From Nitrospirota bacterium (GTDB lineage: Bacteria > Nitrospirota > Thermodesulfovibrionia > UBA6902): DNA of 64,000 bases. The notes under the pieces are model-generated. The model saw nothing but the letters and a program-made list of their open reading frames with translations, ran no database searches and had not been told where the DNA came from. Position 1 is the stretch's first letter. The number at the start of each line of letters is the position of its first letter. A program made the position numbers and the translations under genes. Shown piece by piece: positions 21,304 through 32,026 of the stretch. The stretch is from positions 60,622-124,621 of the forward strand of contig JACQZG010000006.1 in assembly GCA_016213935.1 (NCBI GenBank). Direction: 5' to 3'.

Positions 21304-21563
21304 TATACTCCAGCTTTATTCGCAAATCGTTCAAGCTCAGTGTAATGCATAAGGTGAACACCTGCTACATTAGCTAGTTGCTTGGCTGACTTGGTATAAG
21401 AGGTATTAGACACAACAGCAGCAATGTTTGCTTTCTCAAATTTTTTGCCAGCAATTACTTCTTGTACTGCTCCATTACCAACAGGCTTAGAATATTTCTT
21501 ACACTGAAAGACCGCTTTTATATTACCGCGATTTGCAATAACATCAATACCTTGATCGCCTCC
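21304..21563 (-). pseudogene. C-terminal fragment of an Mrr-cat-type restriction endonuclease
   Basis: Minus-strand translation ...GDQGIDVIANRGNIKAVFQCKKYSKPVGNGAVQEVIAGKKFEKANIAAVVSNTSYTKSAKQLANVAGVHLMHYTELERF* carries the Mrr_cat D-x-GID...QCK+Y motif. The frame is closed by TAA TAA directly upstream, so the N-terminus is missing. Confidence 0.6.
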
Positions 21564-21902
21564 TTATTATGTTCCTTCAATAGCCAACAAGTTATTAGTT
21601 TTCTGGATAATAACAAGATTCTTTAGCCGGGTCAATGAAATAATTGATAAAGTAAAAGTAAAACCAGATTCCCGATAAAATCCTCCAACAGTTGGTGACC
21701 TTAGGCACGGGGATGGCAGAAAAGACAGAAACCTCAGTGAATTTGGATTATCCGCTTGAAATCAGAAGGAACAAGCCTCTCTCTTCACAAATTTCTCAGC
21801 CGAATCTGATATAATAAAAATCACCTATATATAGATAATTCCCCGGTTACCCCGTTAATCAATATCATATGACGGATATCGCATCTAAAAACGAGGTCAT
21901 GT

Positions 21903-24014
21903 ATGGCTAAACATTCTTTATTGGAAGGGCTCAACCCGCAGCAGCAAAAAGCTGTTTTACATATTAAGGGGCCCATGCTTGTGCTTGCGGGCGCCGGCAG
22001 CGGCAAGACCAAAGTAATTACCCACAGGTTCGCTTATCTTTCGAGCGCCTGCGATGTCCAGCCGTCATCCATCCTCGCAATGACATTCACGAATAAGGCT
22101 GCCAATGAGATGAGAGAGAGGGTTGAGGAGCTTACCGGAAAGGGGACAAGAGGGCTTTGGATAGGCACGTTCCATTCTCTTTCAAGCAGGATATTAAGGA
22201 AAGAGATAGAAAAGCTCGGCTACGGCAGGGACTTTTGCATATATGACGAGAGCGATACGAGCAGCCTTATCAGGTCTATACTCAAAGAATTCAGGATGCA
22301 CGAAGCGCTTTACAAGGGGATAGCGTCGCGCGTATCTTCTCTTAAGGCCTCTCTTGTAAGCTCCGAGGCGCTTATCGCAAATGAAGAGAGCTACGGTTTC
22401 GATGAAAAACTCGCAAAGGTTTACGTCAGGTATCAGGAGGACCTGAAAAAGAACAACGCCCTTGATTTCGACGACCTGATAACGTGCACGGTAAAACTCT
22501 TTGAGGAACACCCAACTGTCCTTAAAAAGTATCAGGATGAATTTGAGCATATAATGATCGACGAGTTCCAGGACACAAACCTTTCCCAGTACAGGCTTTC
22601 GAGGCTCCTTGCCTCCAGGCATAAAAATATATTCGTCGTCGGGGATGACGACCAGAGCATATACAAGTTCAGGGGCGCGGAGATAGGCAATATACTCAAT
22701 TTTGAAAAGGACTTTTCAAAGGCAAAGGTAATCAGGCTTGAGCAGAATTACAGGTCAACGCAGAACATACTCGATGCCGCCGGCAGCGTGATAGAGCAGA
22801 ATGAATCGAGGAAATCCAAAAAGCTCTGGACAGACAGGGGCAGGGGAGAGAAGATATCCTACTGCATAGCAAATAATGAACAGGAAGAGGGCGGTTTTAT
22901 AGCCCAGACCATAAAGGACCTCTATCTGAAAGGCAAGTATTCCTACGGCGATATGACCATCCTCTACAGGCTGAATCAGCAGTCGAGGGTCCTGGAAGAA
23001 TCGATGCGCGGAAGCGGCATCCCTTATAATGTCGTGGGCTCGATAAGTTTCTACAGGAGAAAAGAGGTGAAGGATATCATCTCTTATCTGAAAGTTATAA
23101 ATAACCCGAATGATTCGGTAAGCCTGAAGCGCATAATCAACTCGCCCCCGAGAGGGATAGGCAAGACTACGCTTACGAGGCTCGGGAACGAGGCAAAGAA
23201 GAAAGAGAAGAGCCTCTTCGGGATCATGAAGCATGTGGTCAAAGGCAACGGCTACTCTTCCTCCTTCAGGGATAAGATAAAAGGCTTCACATCCCTGATG
23301 GACGAACTTATAGGGGATAAGGATGCGGAGCTTTCGGAGCTGATAAACCTGATATACGAAAAGACCGGCTATCTCGAGTGGGCGGGCGAAGAGAAGCGCG
23401 GCAACCTCATGGAGATCATAAGCTCTGCCGAAGGCAAGGCAATGGAGGATTTTCTGGACAACGCGTCGCTCTTCAGCGCGCATGACGAGGAAGAGACAAA
23501 GGATACGGTCTCTCTCATGACGCTTCATACGGTCAAGGGGCTTGAATCGCCCGTTGTCTTTATCGCGGGGCTCGAAGACGGGCTCATGCCGCATTTTTAC
23601 TCCATCAACAGGGATGACGAGATTCAGGAAGAGAGGAGGCTCTTTTATGTCGGCATGACGAGGGCGCGCGACATTCTCTTTCTGTCAGGAGTGAAAAGGA
23701 GAAAGCTTTACGCCTCGGTGCAGGACCAGCAGCCTTCGAGATTCCTAAGCGAAATACCTTCGGAGTGCTGCTGTTATATAGAGAAGAGGCCGAGGACAGG
23801 GGCTCTTAGCAAGGGTGCGCGTGTAATACAGATGAGGCCGCGCAGCACCTCCCCTTTTGCAACCGGGGTGAGGGTGCGCCATCCGAAGTGGGGCGAGGGG
23901 GTCGTAAGAGACAGTTACGGCGAAACTGACGACACCAAGGTCATGGTCAACTTCCCGTCCGTAGGCATAAAGAGGCTGTCTCTTAAATTCGCGAATCTCG
24001 AGAAAATAAGATGA
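21903..24014 (+). CDS. uvrD: UvrD/PcrA/Rep-family ATP-dependent DNA helicase
   Basis: LNPQQQKAVLHIKGPMLVLAGAGSGKTKVITHR Walker A; SF1 motifs including DEFQDTN and VGDDDQSIY. Confidence 0.9.
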   Translation: MAKHSLLEGLNPQQQKAVLHIKGPMLVLAGAGSGKTKVITHRFAYLSSACDVQPSSILAMTFTNKAANEMRERVEELTGKGTRGLWIGTFHSLSSRILRKEIEKLGYGRDFCIYDESDTSSLIRSILKEFRMHEALYKGIASRVSSLKASLVSSEALIANEESYGFDEKLAKVYVRYQEDLKKNNALDFDDLITCTVKLFEEHPTVLKKYQDEFEHIMIDEFQDTNLSQYRLSRLLASRHKNIFVVGDDDQSIYKFRGAEIGNILNFEKDFSKAKVIRLEQNYRSTQNILDAAGSVIEQNESRKSKKLWTDRGRGEKISYCIANNEQEEGGFIAQTIKDLYLKGKYSYGDMTILYRLNQQSRVLEESMRGSGIPYNVVGSISFYRRKEVKDIISYLKVINNPNDSVSLKRIINSPPRGIGKTTLTRLGNEAKKKEKSLFGIMKHVVKGNGYSSSFRDKIKGFTSLMDELIGDKDAELSELINLIYEKTGYLEWAGEEKRGNLMEIISSAEGKAMEDFLDNASLFSAHDEEETKDTVSLMTLHTVKGLESPVVFIAGLEDGLMPHFYSINRDDEIQEERRLFYVGMTRARDILFLSGVKRRKLYASVQDQQPSRFLSEIPSECCCYIEKRPRTGALSKGARVIQMRPRSTSPFATGVRVRHPKWGEGVVRDSYGETDDTKVMVNFPSVGIKRLSLKFANLEKIR

Positions 24015-24283
24015 AGGTTGAGGACGTATCCCTGCTCGCACGGCTGAAGCTCGCGGATGAGGAGAAGGTTCTTTTTTCAGAACAGTTAGGCAAGGTTATC
24101 GGCTACATCGACAAGCTGAATGAGCTTGACACGTCAGGCGTTGAGCCGACCTCTCATGTGCTTCCGCTCAAAAATGTCTTCAGGGAAGACCGCCTCTCAC
24201 CCTCTCTCCAAAGGGATGACGCCCTCAGCAACGCTCCCGACGGCAGGGGCGGCTTCTTCAGGGTTCCGAAGATAATAGAATAA
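24011..24283 (+). CDS. gatC: Asp/Glu-tRNA amidotransferase subunit C
   Basis: 90 aa starting MKVEDVSLLARLKLADEEKVLFSEQLGKVIGYIDKLNELDTSGVEPTSH, typical of GatC. Confidence 0.85.
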   Translation: MKVEDVSLLARLKLADEEKVLFSEQLGKVIGYIDKLNELDTSGVEPTSHVLPLKNVFREDRLSPSLQRDDALSNAPDGRGGFFRVPKIIE

Positions 24284-24316
24284 AATTCAGAATCGGCACG
24301 AGGTAATAAAAACACC

Positions 24317-24667
24317 ATGTTCAGATGCATGCTCAGGGCAAAGATTCATAACGCGACGGTGACAGAGGCAAACATCAGGTATGAAGGCAGTTTGACCATC
24401 GACGAACTGCTTCTCGCTGCAACAGGCATAAGGCCTTACGAGCAGGTACAGATAAGCAATCTCAATAACGGCGAGAGGTTCGAGACTTATGTAATTCCCG
24501 GGCCTCCCGGTTCCGGCGTTGTCTGCCTCAACGGCCCGACAGCCCGCAAAGGCGAGGTCGGCGACAAGATAATCATCTTTTCATATGAATACGTGAATCA
24601 GGAAGAGATGAAGGCCTTTCTACCGAAGATAGTCCTCCTTGACGAAGCAAACAGGATCACCGGCTGA
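24317..24667 (+). CDS. panD: Aspartate 1-decarboxylase (pyruvoyl-dependent)
   Basis: MFRCMLRAKIHNATVTEANIRYEGSLTID with the Gly-Ser self-cleavage site. Confidence 0.9.
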   Translation: MFRCMLRAKIHNATVTEANIRYEGSLTIDELLLAATGIRPYEQVQISNLNNGERFETYVIPGPPGSGVVCLNGPTARKGEVGDKIIIFSYEYVNQEEMKAFLPKIVLLDEANRITG

Positions 24668-24874
24668 ACGCTTTAGAGCGCCTCTGATTTTGTCCCAAAC
24701 ATATCAGATTCGCATCCCCTGTTTCAGCTTTTAACTTTCCTCAAATTCTCTTGCTAAATAATTGGTGAAGAGTTATAGTATCCAGTATATTTGGGGCGTA
24801 TTTTTCTCTTGACAGAATTCGGCCCTGATATTCACCGCCGGAACGGCAATAACCCTTTTTCTTAGGAGAATTAA

Positions 24875-25324
24875 ATGACACTTTCTGACCGCTTATCATC
24901 CGACCTCAAGTCCGCCCTCAAATCAAATGATAAGGCAAGGGTGTCGATTCTCAGAATGATAAAGGCCGCATTGAAAAACAAAGAGATAGACAAAGGCGGG
25001 CTGCTGAGCGATGACGAAATAATCTCTATTCTCAACTCCTTTGTGAAGAAGGGGAATGAATCGATAGAACAGTTCACAAAGGCAGGGCGTTCAGAGCTTG
25101 CCGACAAGGAGAAGCAGGAGGTCGGTATCGTAAAGGAATACCTGCCGCAGCAGCTTTCGGAAGACGAGATATCGGCGGTTGTGAAGGATGTCATGAACGA
25201 GACAGGGCTCAAAGGCGCGGGCAGTTTCGGCCAGGTGATGAAGGCTGTCAGCGCAAAGACAAAAGGCAGGGCGGACGGCAAGACGGTAAGCGCGGTCGTG
25301 AAAAAACTTCTTGAGGAGGCATAG
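24875..25324 (+). CDS. GatB/YqeY domain protein
   Basis: MTLSDRLSSDLKSALKSNDKARVSILRMIKAALKNKEID is the YqeY family pattern. Confidence 0.8.
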   Translation: MTLSDRLSSDLKSALKSNDKARVSILRMIKAALKNKEIDKGGLLSDDEIISILNSFVKKGNESIEQFTKAGRSELADKEKQEVGIVKEYLPQQLSEDEISAVVKDVMNETGLKGAGSFGQVMKAVSAKTKGRADGKTVSAVVKKLLEEA

Positions 25325-25326
25325 AG

Positions 25327-26292
25327 GTGAAGCTGAAAAATATATATGAAACGGTTGTAGAGAAGGGGATTGACGTTGACCCGCGCGGCAGAAAGTCGGT
25401 TCAGAAGGCGCTTGCTAAGGCGAAGAAACGTTACGAAGGAATGAAGGAGGATGAAAAGAAATATTTTGACGAGGAGAGCCTTAAAAATCCCTATTCGGAC
25501 ACGAGGATACTTCACGGGACCGGCAATGAAGATGTAAAGACCCTGCTTGCCGGAATCGATATCGGCGTGGCAGAGATACTTCTTGCCGACAGGCTCTCTT
25601 CGAAGGGGAAGAGGATCGACCTTGTCGTCTCTCATCATCCGGGAGGAAAGGCGTACGCGAGCCTATATGAAGTAATGGGCATGCAGGCAGAGATATTCAG
25701 CCTCTTCGGCGTGCCGATAAATGTTGCCGAGGGGCTACTCGAAGGAAGGGTTAAGGAAGTGGAGAGAAGAATCTCCCCGGTCAACCATACGCAGGCGCTT
25801 GATGCCGCGAAACTTATCGATATACCGTTCATGTGCGCCCACACGCCTGCCGACAATCATGTTTCGGGATATCTTCAGAAGATATTTAACAGAAAGAAGC
25901 ATGACACGGCCGGCGACGTGCTCGACGCGCTTTTAGAAATACCGGAGTATCAGGAAGCGGCTCGCAATAACGCGGGGCCCAAGATATTTGCCGGGAACAA
26001 GGCGAGGAGCGCGGGAAAGGTCTTTGTGGACATGACCGGCGGCACAGGCGGCCCGAAAGAGATATATGAAAAACTCTCCGCATCTGGCGTCGGGACTGTC
26101 GTAGGCATGCACATAGGGGACGACCACAGGAAACTTGCCGAAGATCACAACGTCAATGTCGTCATAGCCGGCCATATAGCAAGCGACAATCTCGGGATGA
26201 ACCTTCTATTTGACGAGATAGAGAAGAAGGGGCGGCTGAATATTATTGAATGTTCCGGCTTCAGGAGATTCAGCAGGATTAAGAAGAAGTAG
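25327..26292 (+). CDS. Nif3-family (YqfO/YbgI-like) dinuclear metal centre protein, GTG start
   Basis: LVVSHHPGG...AGHIASDNLG metal-binding motifs; tentative. Confidence 0.6.
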   Translation: MKLKNIYETVVEKGIDVDPRGRKSVQKALAKAKKRYEGMKEDEKKYFDEESLKNPYSDTRILHGTGNEDVKTLLAGIDIGVAEILLADRLSSKGKRIDLVVSHHPGGKAYASLYEVMGMQAEIFSLFGVPINVAEGLLEGRVKEVERRISPVNHTQALDAAKLIDIPFMCAHTPADNHVSGYLQKIFNRKKHDTAGDVLDALLEIPEYQEAARNNAGPKIFAGNKARSAGKVFVDMTGGTGGPKEIYEKLSASGVGTVVGMHIGDDHRKLAEDHNVNVVIAGHIASDNLGMNLLFDEIEKKGRLNIIECSGFRRFSRIKKK

Positions 26293-26401
26293 CCATATTA
26301 AGTTTGTGCTTAATTTCTGCATCACAATATTAAAGTTTTTAGTTGTCAGTTGTTAGTTTTCAGGCTAACAGCTAAAAACTAACAGCTAAAAACTAATAAT
26401 C

Positions 26402-28108
26402 ATGCCTTCAAACGACAGCAGCCTCGAAGAGATAAAGAGCAGGATCGATATCGTTGAAATGATATCTGAATATGTTTCTCTGAAAAAAGCGGGGCACAAC
26501 TGGAAGGGCCTCTGCCCTTTCCATTCCGAAAAGACCCCGTCTTTCATGGTAAATCCCTCCAGGCAGATATATAAGTGTTTCGGGTGCGGCAGCGGCGGGG
26601 ACATCTTCTCTTTCGTTATGCAGCATGAGAACCTCGGCTTCAGGGAGGCTCTCGTGCTTCTGGCAAAAAAGGCGGGCGTCACGCTGAAGGATACGGGCAT
26701 TGGCGCGGGGGCCGCGGGCGAAAAGGAAGAACTTTTCAATATAACCAGGCAGGCGCTCGATTTTTTCAGGCAGAGCCTTACAAAGAGCCTGAAGGCGGCA
26801 GACTATCTGCGAAAGAGAGGCGTGGGCGAGGACGCGCAGAATTTTTTCAGCCTCGGCTACGCTCCGAGGTCATGGGACGCCTTAAAGAATCATCTCGAGG
26901 GAAAGGGATTCAGGACAGAAGCGTTGCTCAAGGCAGGGCTTATCGTCAGGGGAGATAAAGGGCTTTATGACAAATTCAGAGACAGGGTCATCTTCCCGAT
27001 ATTCAATCTTCAGGGAGAGGCTGTTGCCTTCGGGGGCAGGGTCATGGACAGCTCCGAGCCCAAGTATCTTAACTCTCCTGAAACGCCCCTCTTCAATAAA
27101 AGCAGGATGCTCTACGGGCTCAATAACGCAAAAAAACATATCAAAGACGCGGGCAGCGCCCTGCTTATGGAAGGGTATCTCGATGTGATAACGGCTTATA
27201 CGAATGGTTTTAAAAACGCGGTCGCGCCGTTAGGCACCGCGTTTACGCAGGAGCAGGGGAAGCTCATAAAAAGGTTTACGGACAACGCCATACTCTTTTT
27301 TGACAGGGACGAGGCCGGCGTAAAGGCGGCAAAAAACGCGACAGGGATACTCGTTGGATGCGGGCTTAATGTCATGCTCTCTTCTCTTCCGGAGGGGGAA
27401 GACCCTGACAGTTTCATAAGGCGGCAAGGCAGTGAAGCCTTTAATAAACTCCTCGGCAATCCTCTTACGCTTATTGATTTTTTACTTCAGCAGAAGAAGC
27501 AGAGACACCAAATTATCGGCGACGCGGTCGAGATAATCTCAAAGGCCGATGATCTTTCTCAGGCAGTGCATGTGAGGAGGCTCTCCGAAAAACTGAAACT
27601 GGAAGAGCGCCATATTTATGAGGAGATCGGGAAGATAAGGCAGAAGGCGAATAGGGAGGCCGGCCGGGCAGAGAAATCGCCCGAGCTTGTCCTGAGCAGA
27701 AAAAAGCCCAAACCTCTTGACGAAATGTATATAATTAAACTGCTCCTGCAGTTTCCGGATAAAAGCGGAGAGATATTTGCGTCGATAAAAGAAGATGATT
27801 TCCAGGATCCTGCGGCAAGGTCTGTTTTAAAAAAAATAAGAGGGGGGCTTACTGATTTCGATAAGCTCATTCTTCAATGCGAAGAAGGCGAGAAATGGCT
27901 TCTCAGCGACGTCATCTTCAAAAACGACTTTGAAGACCCTGACAAGGTTTTGAAGGACTGCCTGCGCTGCATAAAAGAGAAGAAGCATAAGCTTCAGCTT
28001 CAGGAACTGAGGGACAGGATAAGGGATGCCGAGCTGCGGAAAGACGACGAACTGCTTAAAAAACTTTTAATGAGACAGGACAGCCTTCAGAAAACCGCCG
28101 GCAGGTGA
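26402..28108 (+). CDS. dnaG: DNA primase
   Basis: [30 protein letters not shown] zinc ribbon, then a TOPRIM domain (EGYLDVI). Confidence 0.92.
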   Translation: MPSNDSSLEEIKSRIDIVEMISEYVSLKKAGHNWKGLCPFHSEKTPSFMVNPSRQIYKCFGCGSGGDIFSFVMQHENLGFREALVLLAKKAGVTLKDTGIGAGAAGEKEELFNITRQALDFFRQSLTKSLKAADYLRKRGVGEDAQNFFSLGYAPRSWDALKNHLEGKGFRTEALLKAGLIVRGDKGLYDKFRDRVIFPIFNLQGEAVAFGGRVMDSSEPKYLNSPETPLFNKSRMLYGLNNAKKHIKDAGSALLMEGYLDVITAYTNGFKNAVAPLGTAFTQEQGKLIKRFTDNAILFFDRDEAGVKAAKNATGILVGCGLNVMLSSLPEGEDPDSFIRRQGSEAFNKLLGNPLTLIDFLLQQKKQRHQIIGDAVEIISKADDLSQAVHVRRLSEKLKLEERHIYEEIGKIRQKANREAGRAEKSPELVLSRKKPKPLDEMYIIKLLLQFPDKSGEIFASIKEDDFQDPAARSVLKKIRGGLTDFDKLILQCEEGEKWLLSDVIFKNDFEDPDKVLKDCLRCIKEKKHKLQLQELRDRIRDAELRKDDELLKKLLMRQDSLQKTAGR

Positions 28109-28109
28109 T

Positions 28110-29609
28110 ATGAGTGATTTTGTAGATATATTCATGCCCGATGACGAAGATGACCTCGAACTTCTCGAGAGCGCCGAAGAGGGAGAGGAGCAGGATGAGG
28201 CAAAGACCCCCGCTTTTCAGGATGAGATCTCCACTGACGACCTTATAAGGATATACCTTAGGGACATGGGCGCGCTTCCGCTTCTCAGCAAGGAGGAGGA
28301 GATAGAGGTCGCAAAGAACATCGAGGCAGAGAACGAGAAGCTTCGCCGCATAGTCTTCGCCCTCCCCTTTGTCATAAAGAAGGTGATAGCTTTGCAGGAA
28401 GTTTTTAAAGGCAACGGCGTCGCGATAGAGGAACTTATCTCTTACGCGGACAATATTTCCGATGCGGACAGGCAGAGCGTCAATGACCATTTCTCAAAGA
28501 CATTGAAAACAATAAAGAGCCTTTACTCCAAAAGAGAGATATTAGTAGCCCAGTTCAAGCAGAAAGGCATTCCCGCCGAAAAGAAGGCCTCATTAAAGAA
28601 CGCCCTTGAGGAGAATCAGAAGGAGATATTCAGAAAGATCTCGGAACTGAGGCTTGAGGAGAAGGTTATCAGCCTCTTCATCGAACAGTTCAAGGAAAAA
28701 CTCGCCAGGCTCGGCGTGCTTAGAAAAAGCGCAGGCCGCGCGGAGGGCAGAAGCGAAGACGGCCAGCCTGACATTAAAACCGTAAAGGCGGAGATTGCCG
28801 AGATAGAGACTTTACTTGGGCTGGATTATGCAGAGGCAAAAAAAGTCCTGAAACTCCTCGCATATCATGAAAAGAGGGTGCTTCTCGTAAAGAGAAGGCT
28901 GATAGAGGCGAACCTCAGGCTTGTCGTCAGCATGGCAAAGAAGTATATGGGGCGGGGACTGGGTCTGCCCGACCTTGTTCAGGAAGGGAATATAGGGCTC
29001 ATAAGGGCTGTGGAAAAGTTCGAATACCGCAGAGGCTATAAATTCAGCACCTATGCGACATGGTGGATAAAGCAGGCGATAACCCGTTCTCTCGCCGACT
29101 GCGCGAGGACGGTCAGGATCCCGGTTCATGTCGTAGGCACTCTAAGCTGTTTTGCGAAGGCGTCGAGGGAGCTTGTCCAGGAGCTCGGCAGGGAGCCTTC
29201 CCCCGAAGAGATTGCCGAGAGGATGGGCATAAGCAATGACAAGATGAAGGAGATTATGGAGATAGCGAAAGAGCCTGTCTCTCTCGAGACTCCCATAGGC
29301 GAAGGAGCAGACACATATCTCCTCGACCTTCTTGAAGACAAGACCGCCCTCTCTCCCCTGGATTCCGCCATTCACAATAACCTTCAGGAGCAGATAGAAA
29401 AGATAATGAGGACACTCTCTCCCAAGGAGTCGGAGATAATCAAGCGGAGGTTCGGCATAGGAGAGGGGCACCCCGAAACGCTCGAAGAGGTCGCGCAGAA
29501 GTTCAATGTCACAAGGGAGAGGATAAGGCAGGTCGAGGCGAATGTGCTGAGAAAACTGAGGCACCCTTCGAGGACCAAATGGCTCAAGGAGTTCATGGAC
29601 AAGAGCTGA
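28110..29609 (+). CDS. rpoD: RNA polymerase sigma-70 (primary sigma factor)
   Basis: Region 2.4 ([13 protein letters not shown]), region 4 and an acidic N-terminus; the dnaG-rpoD operon arrangement. Confidence 0.95.
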   Translation: MSDFVDIFMPDDEDDLELLESAEEGEEQDEAKTPAFQDEISTDDLIRIYLRDMGALPLLSKEEEIEVAKNIEAENEKLRRIVFALPFVIKKVIALQEVFKGNGVAIEELISYADNISDADRQSVNDHFSKTLKTIKSLYSKREILVAQFKQKGIPAEKKASLKNALEENQKEIFRKISELRLEEKVISLFIEQFKEKLARLGVLRKSAGRAEGRSEDGQPDIKTVKAEIAEIETLLGLDYAEAKKVLKLLAYHEKRVLLVKRRLIEANLRLVVSMAKKYMGRGLGLPDLVQEGNIGLIRAVEKFEYRRGYKFSTYATWWIKQAITRSLADCARTVRIPVHVVGTLSCFAKASRELVQELGREPSPEEIAERMGISNDKMKEIMEIAKEPVSLETPIGEGADTYLLDLLEDKTALSPLDSAIHNNLQEQIEKIMRTLSPKESEIIKRRFGIGEGHPETLEEVAQKFNVTRERIRQVEANVLRKLRHPSRTKWLKEFMDKS

Positions 29610-29718
29610 GCCGCGGCTGTAATCTTCCAGCCAACCTGCGTTTTTCAAGGCTGTATTGCAAAAATATTCCTCTCTTTGTTATAGTTTATACCTGAGTTTT
29701 TTCTTTGGGGAGGTCACA

Positions 29719-29919
29719 TTGAAAGAGGGAATACATCCGGAAAACAAGGCAGTGAAGGCGGTCTGCGCGTGCGGAGAGACATTCAGCGTAATGTCGACGC
29801 AGCCCTCCATTCACGTGGACATCTGTTCGAAATGCCATCCTTTCTTCACGGGCAAGCAGAAGCTCGTTGACGCCGAGGGAAGGGTCGAGAAGTTCAGAAA
29901 AAAGTACGCAAAAAAGTAG
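29719..29919 (+). CDS. rpmE: 50S ribosomal protein L31 (zinc-ribbon type), probably a TTG start
   Basis: [10 protein letters not shown]...CACGETF...[13 protein letters not shown]; the track ORF (29656) starts further upstream. Confidence 0.85.
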   Translation: MKEGIHPENKAVKAVCACGETFSVMSTQPSIHVDICSKCHPFFTGKQKLVDAEGRVEKFRKKYAKK

Positions 29920-29932
29920 CGCCGTTATTAAA

Positions 29933-29980
29933 GGGAACCCGTTTTGTCAATATGCTATGGCAGGCGGGTTTCCTTTTTTT
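29933..29980 (+). terminator. Rho-independent terminator after rpmE
   Basis: gggaacccg...cgggtttcc followed by TTTTTTT. Confidence 0.5.
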
Positions 29981-30092
29981 ATGCCCTAAATAGATTAGGG
30001 CAGGCAGGCCGGAATGACGTTTAAACGGCCTCTCAGCTCTGCTGCGAAACAGTTAATTTGAATTGTTATTTAATCAGGAGATGTTTTAGAAG

Positions 30093-31160
30093 ATGCTGTT
30101 GGACAAATTTGAAGAGATAGAGAATAAATACAATGAGGTGACGGAACGCCTCTCTGACCCGGCCGTCTTCTCGGACTTTACCGTAAGCCAGAAGTATTCA
30201 AAGGAGCAGGCGGCTCTCGCCCCCCTTGTAAAAAAGATAAGGGAGTTCAGGAAGAACCTCGCTGATATAAGAGATACGGAAGAACTCCTCCGCTCCTCAG
30301 TTGATGATGAGATGAGAGAGCTTGCCGTGGCAGAGCTTGCCGAACTCAAGGCGAAGACGCCCCTTATCGAGAGCGAGATTAAGCTCATGCTCATTCCCCG
30401 CGACCCGCGGGACGAAAAGAACATTATCCTCGAAATCAGGGCGGGCACGGGAGGTGAAGAGGCCGCGCTATTTGCAGCTGAGCTCTTCAGGATGTACGGC
30501 AAATATGCCGAGCGCATGAAGTGGAAGGTTGAGATAATGGATGTGAGTTCCACAGGGCTCGGCGGGATAAAAGAAGTGGTGGCTTCGGTGCAGGGCAGGG
30601 AGGTCTACAGCCGCCTCAAGTACGAGAGCGGCACTCACCGGGTCCAGCGCGTGCCCGCAACAGAAACATCAGGCAGGGTTCATACGTCGGCCGTGACGGT
30701 TGCCGTTCTGCCGGAAGCTGAAGAAGTGGACGTAAAGATAGTGGAGAGCGATCTGAGGGTTGATACATACTGCGCCTCAGGCCCGGGCGGGCAGGGAGTG
30801 AATACGACATATTCAGCGGTCAGGATTGTCCATACACCTACCGGCCTTACCGTGCAGTGCCAGGACAGCCGCTCACAGATAAAGAACAGGGAAAAGGCGA
30901 TGAAGGTGCTGAGGGCGAGGCTTTATGAACTTGAGTGCCAGAAGATTGATGCCGAGAGGGCGGAGAGCAGAAAATCACAGGTGGGCTCAGGCGACAGAAG
31001 CGAGAAGATAAGGACTTACAATTTCCCTCAGAACAGGCTCACTGACCACAGGATAGGGCTTACGCTTCACAGGCTTGCTGTTATCATGGAAGGCGACCTC
31101 GATGAGATAATAGACAGCCTGATCGCGTATTATCAGGCTGAAAAGATAAAGGAATTATAA
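30093..31160 (+). CDS. prfA: Peptide chain release factor 1
   Basis: GGQ motif ([11 protein letters not shown]) and the PxT-region context; RF1 length. Confidence 0.95.
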   Translation: MLLDKFEEIENKYNEVTERLSDPAVFSDFTVSQKYSKEQAALAPLVKKIREFRKNLADIRDTEELLRSSVDDEMRELAVAELAELKAKTPLIESEIKLMLIPRDPRDEKNIILEIRAGTGGEEAALFAAELFRMYGKYAERMKWKVEIMDVSSTGLGGIKEVVASVQGREVYSRLKYESGTHRVQRVPATETSGRVHTSAVTVAVLPEAEEVDVKIVESDLRVDTYCASGPGGQGVNTTYSAVRIVHTPTGLTVQCQDSRSQIKNREKAMKVLRARLYELECQKIDAERAESRKSQVGSGDRSEKIRTYNFPQNRLTDHRIGLTLHRLAVIMEGDLDEIIDSLIAYYQAEKIKEL

Positions 31161-31162
31161 AG

Positions 31163-32026
31163 ATGAATGCCATGCGTAAGATAAGAGATGTTTCGGAATT
31201 TCTCGGCGGACGCGGAATCACTTCTGCCGAAAGAGAGGCTGAATTGATCATAAGGCGCGGGCTTGGAATGGACGCTGTAACGATATACAGAGATGATCCT
31301 TCTCTCACTGAAGTCAATGAAGAGTTTGTTTCGGAAATGGCGTTGAGAAGGTCAATGCGCGAGCCGCTTCAGTATATACTGGGAAGCGTGGATTTCATGG
31401 GGCTTGAGATATCGGTCGGGAAAGGTGTTTTAATCCCGAGGCCCGAGACAGAGCTTTTGGTTGAACAGGCTGTAAAGATAGCTCACAGCTATCAGCTATC
31501 AGCTATCAGCAAAGAATTAACAATTCTCGACCTCTGCACGGGAAGCGGATGTATCGCTCTTGCTCTTGCGTCGGAATTCAGAAACGCCCGTGTCCTCGGC
31601 GTCGACATCTCGGATGACGCGCTGAGCTACGCAATAAAGAATGCGGAGATAAACGGCATTTTAAACGCCTCTTTTATTAAAGGGGACCTCTTTAAGCCGC
31701 TAAGCCCTAACCTTTCTTTTGACCTCATAATCTCCAATCCCCCTTATATAAAAAGCGGGGATATTTCTTCACTTCAGCCCGAGATAAGTGAGTGGGAGCC
31801 TTTAAACGCGCTTGACGGCGGCCATGACGGCCTTCTTTTATACAGGAAGACAATTCTTGCGGCATGCGATTTTTTAAATGACAAAGGCATGCTGATATTT
31901 GAGCTTGGCGCAGGATGTGCCGAAGATGTTGTATCTTTGATGAAGAGCGCAGGATACATTAATATTGAAACCATGAAAGATTACGCAGGCATAGAGAGGA
32001 TAGTAAGCGCGCGATGGACAAGATAG
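31163..32026 (+). CDS. prmC: Release factor glutamine N5-methyltransferase (HemK/PrmC)
   Basis: DLCTGSGCIALAL SAM motif I and NPPY catalytic motif; directly follows prfA. Confidence 0.9.
   Translation: MNAMRKIRDVSEFLGGRGITSAEREAELIIRRGLGMDAVTIYRDDPSLTEVNEEFVSEMALRRSMREPLQYILGSVDFMGLEISVGKGVLIPRPETELLVEQAVKIAHSYQLSAISKELTILDLCTGSGCIALALASEFRNARVLGVDISDDALSYAIKNAEINGILNASFIKGDLFKPLSPNLSFDLIISNPPYIKSGDISSLQPEISEWEPLNALDGGHDGLLLYRKTILAACDFLNDKGMLIFELGAGCAEDVVSLMKSAGYINIETMKDYAGIERIVSARWTR

Noticed and set aside
21821-22012. 63-aa minus-strand ORF overlapping the uvrD start
   Set aside because: It overlaps a strongly supported helicase N-terminus on the opposite strand and has no supporting signals.
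24871-25638. 255-aa ORF on the minus strand spanning the yqeY-like and Nif3-like genes
   Set aside because: It is antisense to two well-supported plus-strand genes and has a low-complexity serine-rich translation.
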